Shown: in pieces, positions 36,471 to 49,200 of the stretch
How positions within the stretch are numbered: position 1 is the stretch's first letter
Layout of the letters: every line of letters begins with the position of its first letter
Assembly: GCA_013265495.1 (NCBI GenBank)
Contig: MU058636.1
Span: 6,297,741 to 6,361,740 of the forward strand
Length of the DNA: 64,000 nucleotides
Direction of reading: 5' to 3'
DNA from: Vicugna vicugna
Taxonomy: Eukaryota
Position numbers and translations under genes: made by a program
The notes under the pieces: generated by a model
The model's database searches: none
Told to the model about the DNA's origin: nothing
What the model saw: only the letters and a program-made list of their open reading frames with translations

Positions 36471-39371
36471 GATGAAAAATATTTAAAAAAGAGCTAACAC
36501 TTGGAATTTAAATATGATAACAAAATATAGACTTATAACAATGGATAGAAAAGACTGCCATTTCATAAAAATAGCCAATCAAAGAAGGTAAGGTATATGA
36601 GAAATAGGAAATTACAAATCTAAAATTTTATAGATATGTTCTATATCCTGTGTATGTCACATATATAGTTCATACTATATATATATCTCAAAGGAAAATA
36701 CATTTTACCAAAAGTTATTTGTATAATTTTAAAAAATAAAATTGAGTTTGTTTCATACTTCACTTCCCTTAACTTTTCCAGATTAAACATATCATATAAA
36801 GGAAGAGAGACTAGTCACCAAATTAAAGGACCTGAGATGGTCTTGCTTCTGCCAAGATATTGCCTACCAGAGCGAACTCCCAGAAGTCAGCAGGTATTTA
36901 CCAAGTCACAAGAAAAGTACAACCTGTGTCCTTAAGGGGTTCAAATTTTGTTGAAATGTTTTGCTATATCATAAAAGATATCATTAAAGGCAAGACATGT
37001 GGCTACAAGTGAGGTAGAAAGGAAGTTTCCTGGAAGTATCAGAATACAGTGATTTACTCCAAAAGAACTGACAAAGGCATAAAGAAAAATATTTAGTTTT
37101 TAATTCAAAGCCCATGACAAATGATCTCTTTGAGAACTGCAAACCTGTTGTTCTGGTAAGATATAGGGAGAGCTGAAAATAATCTTTCTGAGTGATTTTC
37201 CATCCCTGGAACTTCTCCTCTTCTACCTAAATGTCCCCCTCTGCTTTGTGATAGGATGTCTGGCCTCAGTTTTGTAATTACGTCATTGTGCATCACTATT
37301 TCTCATTATATTACATTCTCCTGTCATTATAATTCATAGAATCATCCAGAAGACTATCTCCTAGGAGCTATGGTGGGCGCTCAGCTTTCTTCTTGGGACA
37401 CTTGGCTCTTCTCTCATCGTACAACTTAATAGTGGGCCTCCTTGCACCTGGTTGTTATGTGTGACCCTCAGTCTCCAACAGTCCTTTTCATAGTATGTTT
37501 CTATACTTTTCTGGAACTCTGGTTTATTCCCAGTGCCTTCTATCCATCCTCCCTTACTTGTGCTAGAAGAGAAAATATTTATCTATACTGTATAGTGAAG
37601 TTTATACTTAAGAGATAAAACAGAACCACCATACATGTTGACAGAAGTACACAAACAATAAGCAGTTAGGTGGGGAGCCCAGAGCTCTCATTTCCATATG
37701 AAATGCTAGACGACGACAGAGCAAATACATATGAAGCCACTGACAGAACATCAGAAGCCAAGAATCTCAAGCTCAGCCAAATTGTTGTTTATGTATAAAA
37801 ACAGATAGTCTTTGTCACATAATTTCCTAAGAAAGCCTTAATGTAATTCATTTGACCAAAAAAAAAAAAAAAACAGGCAAAAAATTAAGAATCTCCAAAT
37901 ACGGAATGCCACGTAAGCTATGAACTAAACAGAGTTAAAATCTCAGTAACTTTGGAAATGGGGTTACAAGTTCTAAACAAAATGTCAACACAAAAAAATT
38001 CTTCTTGAAGAAACATGGTGCAAAACGTAATCTTTGGTTCCACACCCAGATGAAGTTAGCAAGGACTAGGGGTTGCTGGGGTGGAGACAGAGTAACAGAC
38101 CATGAAGTCCGCATTTTACCCAGGGGACCCAGGAGATACTGTTTCATTCCTGAACTTTCATAATCAGAAAAATGGAGGGATGCATTCTTGGATTCTGTCT
38201 TTTTCTTTTGCTCATTAGGAATAAGATCTGACACATTGACTTGTTGTGTATCTAAAGTTACAAAGAATAAAAACGGTATGTAAAGGAATTATGATTTAAA
38301 GCCAATTTCTCTGAACTCTGGGTAGTTTCCACCTCGTCCAAATCTTCTCAATGACTCCATCCCTGTCAGAACTAATTCTCCATCCAGAATCTTCTAGCTT
38401 CAAGTGGGTACCCACACAGTCAGGCGCCCTCTGCACGTTTTTTCTTCACTCACCTGAGAAAATAACTTTCCTGCCTACACAGCCCTACCTCTGCCCTGAG
38501 CTTCTCAGTTGACAATCTTCCCCATATAGTCTGCACTAACAGGTTGTCTACCCGTCCTTCTAGAATACAAGGCACACAGCACCCAGCAAAATTGCCCATT
38601 TCTCCCAGGCACTTAATCCAGAGCAGTTATAAGCAATACTCCACTCACCTGTGTCTGCACCTGTTTTCTATTTCTCCCCAGTTGCTCTGATAGCTAGTTC
38701 CTGATGTCATGCATCCTTAAAAGGGATCTTTCCAACACTTAATGCCTCCCACCCTGTCTCCTCACACTAATAAAAGCAAAACACAGAATAATGTTAAAAG
38801 TGAACAACAGCAGCCCAAAGAAACCCAAAGCAGCACACTGGCTGTATTTTCTATTTGGATTATAGTGTCTATTTGCCTAGACCATTATTTCTCTCAGGCC
38901 TAATGCCTTAGAGGTATGCGCTTTAATATTTAGTGAGGAGCCACAGCCGACCAATAATTTTTAATAGCTTGTCCTCTATTGATTTCAACCCACACACTAA
39001 AGCGCCTAATAAAAATTTTAAAAGAATAGGTGAAGGGACACAAGGACAACAGAAAATTAATAGCTTTGTCCACCTCCATTTGAAGAGACAGAGAGGGTTA
39101 TTTCAACTTATTAGGCAGAGTTTGCATAATAAGACAATTGCTGACAGCCCCATCTTTCAGCAATGGGTTTTCATTTTTGAGGAGCTTAAATATACAAACA
39201 CTCTTCAACTGATAGGGCTGTATTCCTCAGCAAGCTCTGAAATCAGTAAATTTCTGATGAGGTGTAGATGGGTGGGTTAATTGTATAAATCTGAAACCCC
39301 AATGGGCACAGTAATGGAATTAAAAAAAGAAAAAAGAAATTCCCAACAGGTTAATGGCACTTCTAACGTGT

Positions 39372-39402
<31 letters not shown>

Positions 39403-39420
39403 CTCACACACTCACACTCA
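39372..39420 (+). repeat. (CA)n microsatellite with degenerate (CACT) extension
   Basis: Seen directly. Confidence 0.95.
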
Positions 39421-40249
39421 TTCACTTAGACTATCTAATTCCTTATGGGGCCGCAAGAGGTAGAGCAAAGATGGGGCTTAAAAAAGAGCCATGAATTGCA
39501 GCTCCAGAATCAGATCGGAGAAGCTCCCTGCAGCCCGAGCCTGAGGCTTTATGAAGGACAGCAACTGTGCTTGTCCCTGGATTTGACTTGGGGGAGAAAG
39601 GAGGTAATTGAGCTAGTTGAGCTGTATCATTCGAGAACGAAAGGATTCATTCTAACGCAGCCCTCAAACTTAGCACAGGACACAAACACCATCAAAGGAG
39701 GTTTGCCAACAAATGGGCATAAATGAAGTCCTCCTTTGGGGCAGACACACTCCATAAATCCTCCAGCTCAAGCCTGCGCAGTAATTCACTCTCTGTTCTC
39801 ACCTGTGTTGGGGTAAGGAGGAAACCTACAAGGTGGTTTCTCTTGGTTTGACTATCAGGAGGCTGAGAGGAACAGAACTGTTATGGGCGTCTAAACCAGG
39901 AGAATATAGTGAAGGGCTGACTCTCAAAGGTACTTCTGCGTCCTTGGTTGCGATGCCAAGGGGCCGGACCCCATTTGTGCTGAAATATGTTTTTGGAGAG
40001 ATCAGACGTGGTGCAGGGAACGGATGGTTTACAATGCTGAAGCAGGGCTTAACAGGCTGGCATTTATACCTGGATGTTCAGAAAAAGAGGACCTTAAGCT
40101 CTCCTATTCAGCAAGCGAGCATGTGTTGATTACCTGCAGGTCAAGCACAGAGCTGATAGCACAGGGGACACTAAGGGAAAATGACACAATTTTTTTCTCA
40201 AAGATAATTACAGTGTCACTGTAAAAGCCAAAGATGTAGTGGTAGGAAG

Positions 40250-40340
40250 AACAGCCACCCCACCTTGCCAGGGATCTAGGAGTTTCCGGGAATGTGGGAT
40301 TTTCAGTTCAGGGAAAGCCAGGAGGGGCTGGCAACTCTGT
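40250..40340. mobile_element. hAT-Blackjack MER81-like fragment
   Basis: ttgccagggat...gtttccgggaatgtgggattttcagt...gggaaag...ctggcaactct. Confidence 0.5.
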
Positions 40341-40612
40341 GCAGTGGACCAAGCACAAGTGTAAACCAAAATTCTATGACAGCCTCTGAGACCATGGGTG
40401 AGTTATCTAAAACCGCTCTTTGTATTTTTCTGCTTATCTGAAAAAAGTAGATTTAATCAATTATAGATTGAAGATAGTGTGTTAAAGCCTCTAGCAGAGA
40501 CCGGGCACATTATTGTGATATATTCTGTGGGCTTTAGACAGAAAGGAATCAATGGATTTCAGAGGAGGAAGACAATCACTGTGGTTTAGGATAGAAAAGG
40601 CAAGATCCGTAA

Positions 40613-40737
40613 GTAGTGTGATCATCTCATTTCTCTTCCAAGCTGGGGCACTCCTGAATGACAGAGGGTACTCTTACTAAATATGCTGACAGCCCTTTCT
40701 GATATAAACTGTGTACCTTCCAGACCAATGTGGTCAG
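40613..40737. mobile_element. hAT-Blackjack MER94-like fragment
   Basis: tagtgtgatcat...tccaagctggggcactcctgaatgacagaggg...tgtggtca. Confidence 0.45.
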
Positions 40738-41791
40738 AAAGGGCTGTCAGCAAACCCTTAAGTTAAGGTTGGAAGCACAAATGGGAAATAAATGGCAGAA
40801 ATATCATGAAATGTGAAGGCCAAGGGCCATGTAGTGGTTTTAGGAACTGTGGTGAGAGAAGCCTGACCAGTCCTTGTGAAAAGGTTCTCCCAAAAGCATA
40901 GTGTGTCATAAGAATGTAGAAGGAGAAAGGGTTCAGGCTGTAGAATATTTTAAACACAAAATTAACAAGTTTGGTTTTATCTCTTGGACCATGAAGAACC
41001 ATTGAAAGAATTTGAGTAGAATAGCAAAATGCCAAAGTAGTGTATTAAGATCAATTTGGAAAACTGGAAAGAGAGAAAAAAATCAAATGTATAAACGCTA
41101 AAGGCAATATTCAGAGAGGAGGTGAGGTGGGGATGGTCTGGGGCAGGAGAGAAATGTCTAAAGTAGAAATATCTGGAAGAAACCTTAAGAGAGGCTGCTC
41201 ATAACTAATTATGGAGAAATAAGAGAACTGAACATGAGTTAATGGGTTGATAGCTATTTGATTAGAAAGAGAAGACTGATACTGCTGATGAAAACTCATA
41301 ATACATTACATGTCACATAATTTTCAAAAGTATCTTAACATAAACAATAAAATACTGGAGAGATTTCTATTTTGTTAGTTTGCTTTCACTGAGAAGTTCT
41401 CAGAGGGTGGTAATATCATCACAGATGAAGATGCTTTGACAAGAGGCATCCTGGGACCTTGACTTTGTAATCTACACTGAATGACAGCTGGGGAAGTGGG
41501 CAGGTGCCGGTATCAGGCCTAAGGGTGCACTCAGTCAGGTGTGGTCTGAGATCACACATCAAACCCAGCAAAGCCAGATAAGGAAGAGAAAGTCAAGTTT
41601 ATTTGTGGATACAAGGAGGGTAAGAAGGGTAGGATTCAGTACAAGGAAAATCAGATCACAGAAAGGAGGAAACCAGACCAGGACACTGGGCAAGTGTTAT
41701 CTGAGCCAAGAGTGAAAAGATGAGGGGAAGAGACATGGTTGGGACAGTGAAGATGGAGGCTAAATGGGAAAGAATTTGACAATTACCCTCA

Positions 41792-42539
41792 TGAAAGGCA
41801 TCAAATATGCCATCCCAAAATATGCCACATTGGCATAAGGATTATTTTGGGCTGAAGGCAATTGAGAATCAACAGGTGCAGGAACAGTTCTTCACCGCCC
41901 CCNNNNNNNNNNNNNNNNNNNNNNNNNNNNNNNNNNNNNNNNNNNNNNNNNNNNNNNNNNNNNNNNNNNNNNNNNNNNNNNNNNNNNNNNNNNNNNNNNN
42001 NNNNNNNNNNNNNNNNNNNNNNNNNNNNNNNNNNNNNNNNNNNNNNNNNNNNNNNNNNNNNNNNNNNNNNNNNNNNNNNNNNNNNNNNNNNNNNNNNNCC
42101 CCCCCCCCCCCCGCCTAACAGCAAGGCATTAAATTTCCCTTTGAGGAAGATATCTCCCGTGTCAGCCCCCTCACCTCACCCACCCCCACCCCCAAATTCC
42201 AGGGCGAGAAGAGCAACTCTTATCATTGAAGACGGGGCAGTTGACACCAAAATGAGTTTGCATAAACAGATCTCACCTATTTTCCGTTAATTCTCCCATG
42301 TATTTCCTAGTTACTTCCCCATAGTTTATTGACCCTTTAAGCTCAAATCCCCTTTGTTTTGTTAAAAAGTATATAAGCCCAAGTCTAATAATTTCTGAGT
42401 TTCACTTTTTTTCTGTGACCTCCTGTGCATGTAAAAGTTAATAAAAGTTGTGTGCTTTTTCTCCTGTTAATCTTTTGTTAGTTTGCAGTCCCCAAGCACC
42501 AAACTAAGAGGGTAGAGGAAACGTTTTTCCTCCAGGACA
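41792..42539 (+). mobile_element. ERV1 solo LTR (MER34-like) spanning the assembly gap
   Basis: tgaaagg...aaatatgccatcccaaaatatgcc...gctgaaggcaattgag; TATA-like tatataa ~42370; aataaa ~42440; ends ...ggaca; 4-bp TSD ctca 41788-41791 / 42540-42543. Confidence 0.85.
41903..42098. other. assembly gap (196 N)
   Basis: N run flanked by C tracts. Confidence 1.
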
Positions 42540-44505
42540 CTCATTTTAACCATAAGAAAATCAAGGAAATTCCAACTTATCTAACTGCAAATCTCTTGCA
42601 TTTCCCAGTCTAATATACTGGGACTCCTTCCATGCCATACTTCCTTGCAGAGGCAGTAATGGTTTCAGAGGGTGGTTGCCCTTGAGGTCCCAGGAGACAA
42701 GGGCTCATGACGTTGGGTGAGAGGGAAGGGGCTGGAGAACAAGGCAGTTTCTGGCGCGATTATTCTAAAGCAATTTGCCACATAATTTTCTACAAGTAAA
42801 ATTCCTGAGAGCCAGTGAACTGGCTGAGAAACAACTAAATGATTCTGCTAATTTTTTTTTTTAATCTTAATGTGCCCTTTCCCTGAGCTGGTATGTTGGA
42901 GTGATGTACACAAAAAAAGAGAAATGTCACATCTTCAACTCTTGGATCAGCTGGATGTAAAGTAATATTGAAGCAAAGATTCATAATAAAATATTTTAAA
43001 ATGTTATCCTGCCCTACTCATCTCCCCTTGGAAATTGAAAAAAAAATCTTTTTTAAATTAAACTCTGAAGGAATTGATAACCAGTGACAGTCTCTACAGA
43101 ACAGTATGGGAATCAATTAAACAGAAGCTAAAATATGCCTCAGAGTATAATTGATAACATGATGAAACAGGAAAAAAAATTACAAGTATGAAGTTAAATC
43201 CAAAACTTCTTACTTAGAGAAAATGCAGAGGGTTCTCATATCCCACAGGACCAATCTGCAGAACTATTAGTGTTTGAAGAAGCGAGAACCAGAGAATAAT
43301 TGTTGTTGTTTGTTTATTCTTGACAGTTTTAAAGGACAATTTCTCTTGGAGGGAAATTTCTGTTTTCCTCCTTAAAAGTTCCTTCTAAACCCAAGACCAT
43401 TCCAGGAAAGTTTTTTGTCTCTTACTTAAACTTTGGAAATGGATTTTCCATAAACTTGCATAATCTGTTTACTTAATTGCTTCAGTAGATTATCATTCTT
43501 CAAATTCAGAGGTTTAAAAACATCACTGAATATGAAACATGTTCAGGAGAAAAAAAAATCAATGTTACAAATACTAGATGCCAGACTAATGAATGAAAGG
43601 CCAGAACATGTCTATGGTGGTCTCTGAATTGGACAACTGCCATTTTCAGCATTAAAACCTGTTCACTGTTGATGTGATTTTTCATAAAATGTTAAAATGG
43701 TCCAAATGTTTTCTTGAATTATAGCCCAGTCAATTTAGGCACTTAGAGCTGGTTAAGCACTGGTTGCCAGATTTTCTAAGTCCATTCTCTATTAAGAAGC
43801 ACACACTGCAAAGAAAACCTTCATTCCTATTAAAATTTTAAAAGTTGATAGAACAAAATTATCTATTGTGCATAAGAACAAAATTATCTGTTGTTTCACT
43901 TGCAATATTAAAAGTTTCATAATCTCTAACATGAGAATTAAAATATAAATCCATTTGGTAACCAACACTATATAATATTACAATTCTTAAAGGATTTTTC
44001 TGAATCATGAAGATATTTCAGGGAAAATAACTCATGAAGAAAATATACCTAAAATACTGCTCTAAAATTAAGGTAAAATTATTGTACCCCATTAAAATTT
44101 GTAACCTCCTGTTAATGAAGTTTAAGAAGACAGCACATTTATCACAGGGGCGCTTAGGGAAAGGAAATAGTAATTATCAGAATATATGCGCCAAGTCATT
44201 ATTCTACCTCATTCCTTGTGCATTTAAACTGTCTCTCTCTGCTACACAAGTCTTTTGTAATAAAAGTGGAAGATTTTGATAGCCTACTTATTGTAAATTT
44301 AGATGCAATCCACAGCAAGTTCTAAAAGAAGAAAAAAACCCTTAAATTTTATTAGCATAGCTTCCAGATTAATTCATGGCAGAAGGGTTAAAACTCCAAG
44401 TACACACTGGTCTTGTTAACACCTAATTGATTCCAATTCCTCAAAGACAGTTTCTCCTTTTTATGCCAGCCATCTAGGTTGTAAAATAAGGTAACGCTCT
44501 TGAGG

Positions 44506-44636
44506 AATACAGCATAGCAAGAAGGTCTGTGCAGGCTTCATTCATTTATCTCTTTCTAAACTTATTTTTAATACAGCACAGCAAGAAGGTCTAAGCAAGT
44601 TTCATTCATTTACCTATTTCTAAAGTTATTTTTAAT
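44506..44636 (+). repeat. 64-bp tandem duplication (2 copies)
   Basis: Units start at 44506 and 44570; 8 mismatches in 64 by manual alignment. Confidence 0.9.
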
Positions 44637-44649
44637 CATAACAACAAAC

Positions 44650-44855
44650 TTTTATGTGCCTACTATGAACCAAGCACTTTTTAAGCACTATCTTGTTTAA
44701 ACCTGACAGCAATCCTATGTGGTGTGGATCCTTATTATCACACAAATGAAAATTTCGGGACCCAAAGAAGTTAAGTAACTTGTTCAAGGAAGTTCAGCTG
44801 GTAAATGATATACCTTGGATTTGAACCCAGGTTCAGTTGACACTTGAGTCTGTGG
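44650..44855 (-). mobile_element. MIR SINE
   Basis: gtgcctactatgaaccaagcactt...gttaagtaacttgttcaagg...ggatttgaacccagg. Confidence 0.8.
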
Positions 44856-46497
44856 TTTATTACCGAGCAAAACTACAGTCATCAAATCATCTGATAAATT
44901 TCTTCTGCAATGTCAGAAAACTATTCAAATTGGACAGGCTACTTCACTAACATTTTTCTTTCTTTACTGCCTATGAATGATGAACCTGCCAGCAAAAACA
45001 GGCATAAGCTTATCAGCTGCTCCTCTTTTAGCAGAATGAGACTCAGAACATGTATTTGAAGTCCTGTATCACTTCTTCATCATGCCTGCAGCAGTTTTAT
45101 GATCTTTATGAGAAAAAAAAGTCCCATCTTGCCTCTCTGGCTGACGTGTCAATCCACAGCACCCTCCCCCGGTAACATCCCTATCTGAAAAAGCGAAAAA
45201 ATCCGAAGACATTTCAAATACCACTTCTATGAAAACTTCCTTAGTTTTCCCAAACAAACTGAGACATTTTGGCCTCTACGCTATGTTAGCACTTAATCCT
45301 TACTGCCATCAGTGCACAACCACAGAGCACTCTGCATTATTTACTGATGAATCATCTTCTATACTAGACCATTCTCCAGAACTGTCTCTTAGTGTTCAGT
45401 GAATCTGCTGGTGAACACAGTAAATCTTTCATTTTCCTAAAGCATATGGAAACAGCAGATTATTACTGCAATTTTCTCCTCATGAACTCGCCCAAATTAT
45501 TATTCTAAAAAACAAACGAAAGCAGTGCTCTTAGCTTTATAAACAGGAAAAGCAAAGAATAGCTCCAAGTTCTTTTTCACAAAGCCACAGAGTATCTGAA
45601 GCCACTACTTGAGGAAAGATCCTTGAATGATAGAGAACACATCATACTGCACTGTGTTCCATTTCTTGCTACTCTATATCATAAACATTCCAGAAAACTC
45701 TGATTGAGAATGGGAAAAATTAATATTTAGTTTTTTGGAAACTAGTTTAGTGAATAATTCTATTCTAATACCCTAAAACTATAGTTTTAAATGAGGAACC
45801 CCTTTAGAAATTAATAGTTCGGTTGCTGAAATAAAAATGTGATTAATTCTAAATCATTAATTAAAATATACAGGAACACTATATCACTTCCATACAGAAA
45901 AAAATAATAAATATCTTGAACACCGGAAATCATATAAATCTGGTAGAACCTAAAATAAAAAGAAAATTAAAGACTACTTAGAAAAAGTAAACTCGTTTTT
46001 CCTTAAGGGAAAACATAAAGATCTTTTAGAAGATTGAAGAGTTAAATTTTCGCTTCTTTCTGATAATTCCTATGAATCATTCAATCTTACTGAAATGTAC
46101 AATTACTACTTAACATATATAGAACATTCGTATATATAAATGTATGTGCATATTTTGATTTTTATATTTTTGTGGCACCAATATAACTAGAACTTTAAAG
46201 TTTGCTTCCATTAAAAATAAATTGAGATTTTACCCAGCTTCTATTCTGCCTAGAGCTGTGAAATAAAGGAGTGAAGATGGACAAAATTTAGATATTCCAG
46301 GAATGGAAGAGTCACTCTAGTACAATATAGTCAGAAAATTCCCCAAACTCTAACCTGATCTGGCAGTGTTCTCAGGAAGATCCTGACCATGATCTCCTAC
46401 CTAAACAATTTCCAAGACTGGAGAAATTCCAAGCTGGATGAGCACTCAGCTACCACAGATGCTACCAGGAAAGTGCTTCAGAAGGGAGTTCACTTTT

Positions 46498-46847
46498 TTT
46501 TCCCCCCAAATGGTGAAGAAGGTACAGTATTTATTGCAGGGCACCAAGCAAGGAGAATGGGCAGCTAATGCTCAAAAAAATCCAAACTACTCAATGGCTT
46601 TCAGGGAAGGGTTCTGAAAAGCAGCCCTTGAGGTGAGGGTTTCAGTTCATGGGCTTTCTTTTGATTTGCTAGTGGTGAGGTAACAGGATGGTGGTGATGT
46701 TTCAGGACACTTATTCATCAACCTTTTGGTTCCAATCAGTCTGAGGTCTACATGTTTGTAGTCTGTAGTCACTATCCTCCACCTGGGTGGGGTCTTAATT
46801 TCTGCAGAACAGCTCAAAGACACGTGCCAAATTATTATGTATGTAGG
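46498..46847 (-). mobile_element. ERV LTR U3-R fragment, apparently retroposed by L1
   Basis: ERV1-LTR-like sequence (gcaccaagcaaggagaatgggcagct...gctcaaaa; ttccaatcagtctgaggtctac; tctgcagaacagctcaaag); 15-bp TSD agggagttcactttt 46483-46497 / 46848-46862; minus-strand AATAAA at 46530-46535. Confidence 0.75.
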
Positions 46848-47171
46848 AGGGAGTTCACTTTTGCCCCTGTAATGATGTCTTTGTAGGGCTTGTGTGTTCA
46901 TCTGTGGACATACGCATAGTGCAGTGCCTAATTATTGTTTCTAGCTAAGGAAAGATAGAAAGATACTCAAGCACATGCACAAATAAAATGTCAGTATATC
47001 ATTAGTAGCTGAAGCAGTTGGACAGCAGCTGACAAGCAGCAGAGAGGGAAGCAGGGTGAAATGACTGAGTGATTTGCTAATTATCTTCATTCTGTCTTTT
47101 GGGAATGTACAAGGCCATATTTCTTATCTACCCAAATAAAATTTTTATTCAACACCAAAAGCAATAGTATC

Positions 47172-47637
47172 TATGGTAGGCAGAAAAAAAAATGATCCCC
47201 TAAAGACAACCATGTCCTAATCCCCAGATGCTGTATAAATATGTCACCTTATATGGCAAAAGAGACTTTGTAGATGTAGTTAAATTAAAGATCTTCTGAT
47301 AGAGAGATTATTTTGAATTATTTGGATGAGCCAAATGCAATCACAAGGGAAGCAGGAGGGGCAGAGATAGAGAAGGAGATGAGATGATGGAAGTCCAGGT
47401 CAAAGAGATGTAGCCATGAGCCAAGGAATGTGGTCTGCCTCCTGAAGCTAGGAAAGGCAAGGAATGGATTCTCTCATAGAGCCTTCAAAAGGAACAGAGC
47501 TCTACCAATACCTTGATGTTAGCTCCATAAGTACTATTTCAGAATTCTGGCCTCTAAAACTAAAGATAATAAATTTCTGTTGTTTTAGGTCACTAAATTT
47601 GTGATGATTTGTTACAGCAACCATTGGAAACTGTATA
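47172..47637 (+). mobile_element. MaLR solo LTR (MLT1C/D-like)
   Basis: tatggtaggcagaa...atgtcctaatcccca...atggcaaaagagactttg...gagccaaggaatg...ggaaaggcaaggaatggattctc...tttgttacagcaaccattggaaact. Confidence 0.9.
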
Positions 47638-49074
47638 ATGTCTCTGTTGATTTTTTGTTTCCATTGCTGTCATCAATCTGAATATGCATTTTCTTTTTCC
47701 AGGGAGTGATTTTTGCTAGCACTCTATTTTGTAACTTAATTTGCAAAATATTTATAAGTTAATGTCAGAATAGGCTTTTATACACCAGAGAGTTACCTTC
47801 AACTTAAAAGTCCTGGAAATTGTTATTCAGGAAGTGCTATATGCTAACTCCTGTGTTTTTGTAATACATCCTTCGTCTCAGTTCAGTCCTCATCCTTCTC
47901 CAGGCACAAAGAGATTAGGCAAAGAATTTAGACATTGTGACAGACACAGTGTGGGACAGTGCAAACAGGGTGGCTTAATAATTCTGGAGAGGATTTGGGT
48001 TGTGCAAGGTTATGTGGCATCCTGTGCCAGAGAAACCAATGGATAATCAAAGATTTCCATCAGCCTTACACAGACAATCAGGAGGCTGTCATGAAGTTCT
48101 GCTGCCTAAGCAGCACAAAATGCAGTGATAATGAAATAGAAAACTAAATTAAGAAGTTCAATTTGCCCTTTAGAAGACTAGTAGAAAAACCACTGCACCA
48201 ATGTGATCTGCCACCCAGTGGACCTAGTTCCAATGGAAAGTCAGTTGGCTGCTATCTCTTTATCTTGGAACACTGCTACAACGTGGTAGACCAGTTGACT
48301 ACGCTATCCAGGTGGGTCCACCCAAGACTTAAAGGATTCTGTCCAAGTGTTCTTAGTAACCCTGATCAGAGCAGGTAGATGTGGGAGTCTTGGAGGGTAC
48401 CAATAGTTTAGATCTCAACTTGTTCCTCAGGACTCTTGTGCTCTTCTTCATCTCGGACTCAGCCCCAGCAGCCTCTCCACTCATTATCAGATCAGGAGAT
48501 CTGACGGCAAAGTCTCTATCAGAGAACAAATGTTGATATTCCCTATTCATGTGCTCTCTCAGGAGTGTGACAGAGATCATCCTTAGCATGGTAGTCGTTA
48601 GTGATAGTCCTAATGCGGAAAGGGGATAAAAGCAAAGGTAAATGAATGATTTGAAAAGCCAAGCGGAATTCAGGTACCAATAAATAGCTGCCTTTTCCCC
48701 GCCCCCCTCCTCCTGAAGGCAGTCTCGCCACTGAAATTTCCAACTCTAGGGACAAAAGAAGGGAGGGGTCCTGCTATGGGTTGGAAGGGTACTTCCTGAC
48801 AGCCGTTAATAGTCCCTTTATCTCACAAGTTAAAATAAGGGACAGAGAATACTACTGGATTGTCTGTGTGGGATACAGTTTCAGTTAGATAAGAAATCCT
48901 GTTTAGTTTACAGTCACCTGTATTCCTTGATGTGGCTGAGTATATTACAGAGGCATCTCAATTACTTCGACAGCCGGAAGCTATCTGTTGTAGGTCCATT
49001 ATATGCCAGGGGCTTTCTCGTCACTGGGGAGGCAGATGTGGTCAGAGCCCTTCACAAACAGGAATGAGGAGAGC

Positions 49075-49200
49075 GTTCCACTGACCTGAGTTTGAATCCT
49101 GGCTCCGTCTCTGAGTAGTTATGAGACTTTGAGGACATTCTAGTGTTTCCTTCTCATCTATAAAGTGCTGGTATTAAAATCTCTACTATCTAATTAGGGT
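49075..49200 (+). mobile_element. MIR fragment
   Basis: gacctgagtttgaatcctggctcc...tttccttctcatctataaa. Confidence 0.6.

Noticed and set aside
41801..42290. ORFs of 103-142 aa
   Set aside because: Artefacts of translating through the N gap.
48353..48589. 78-aa protein-like ORF on minus strand
   Set aside because: No family recognised and no convincing exon boundaries.
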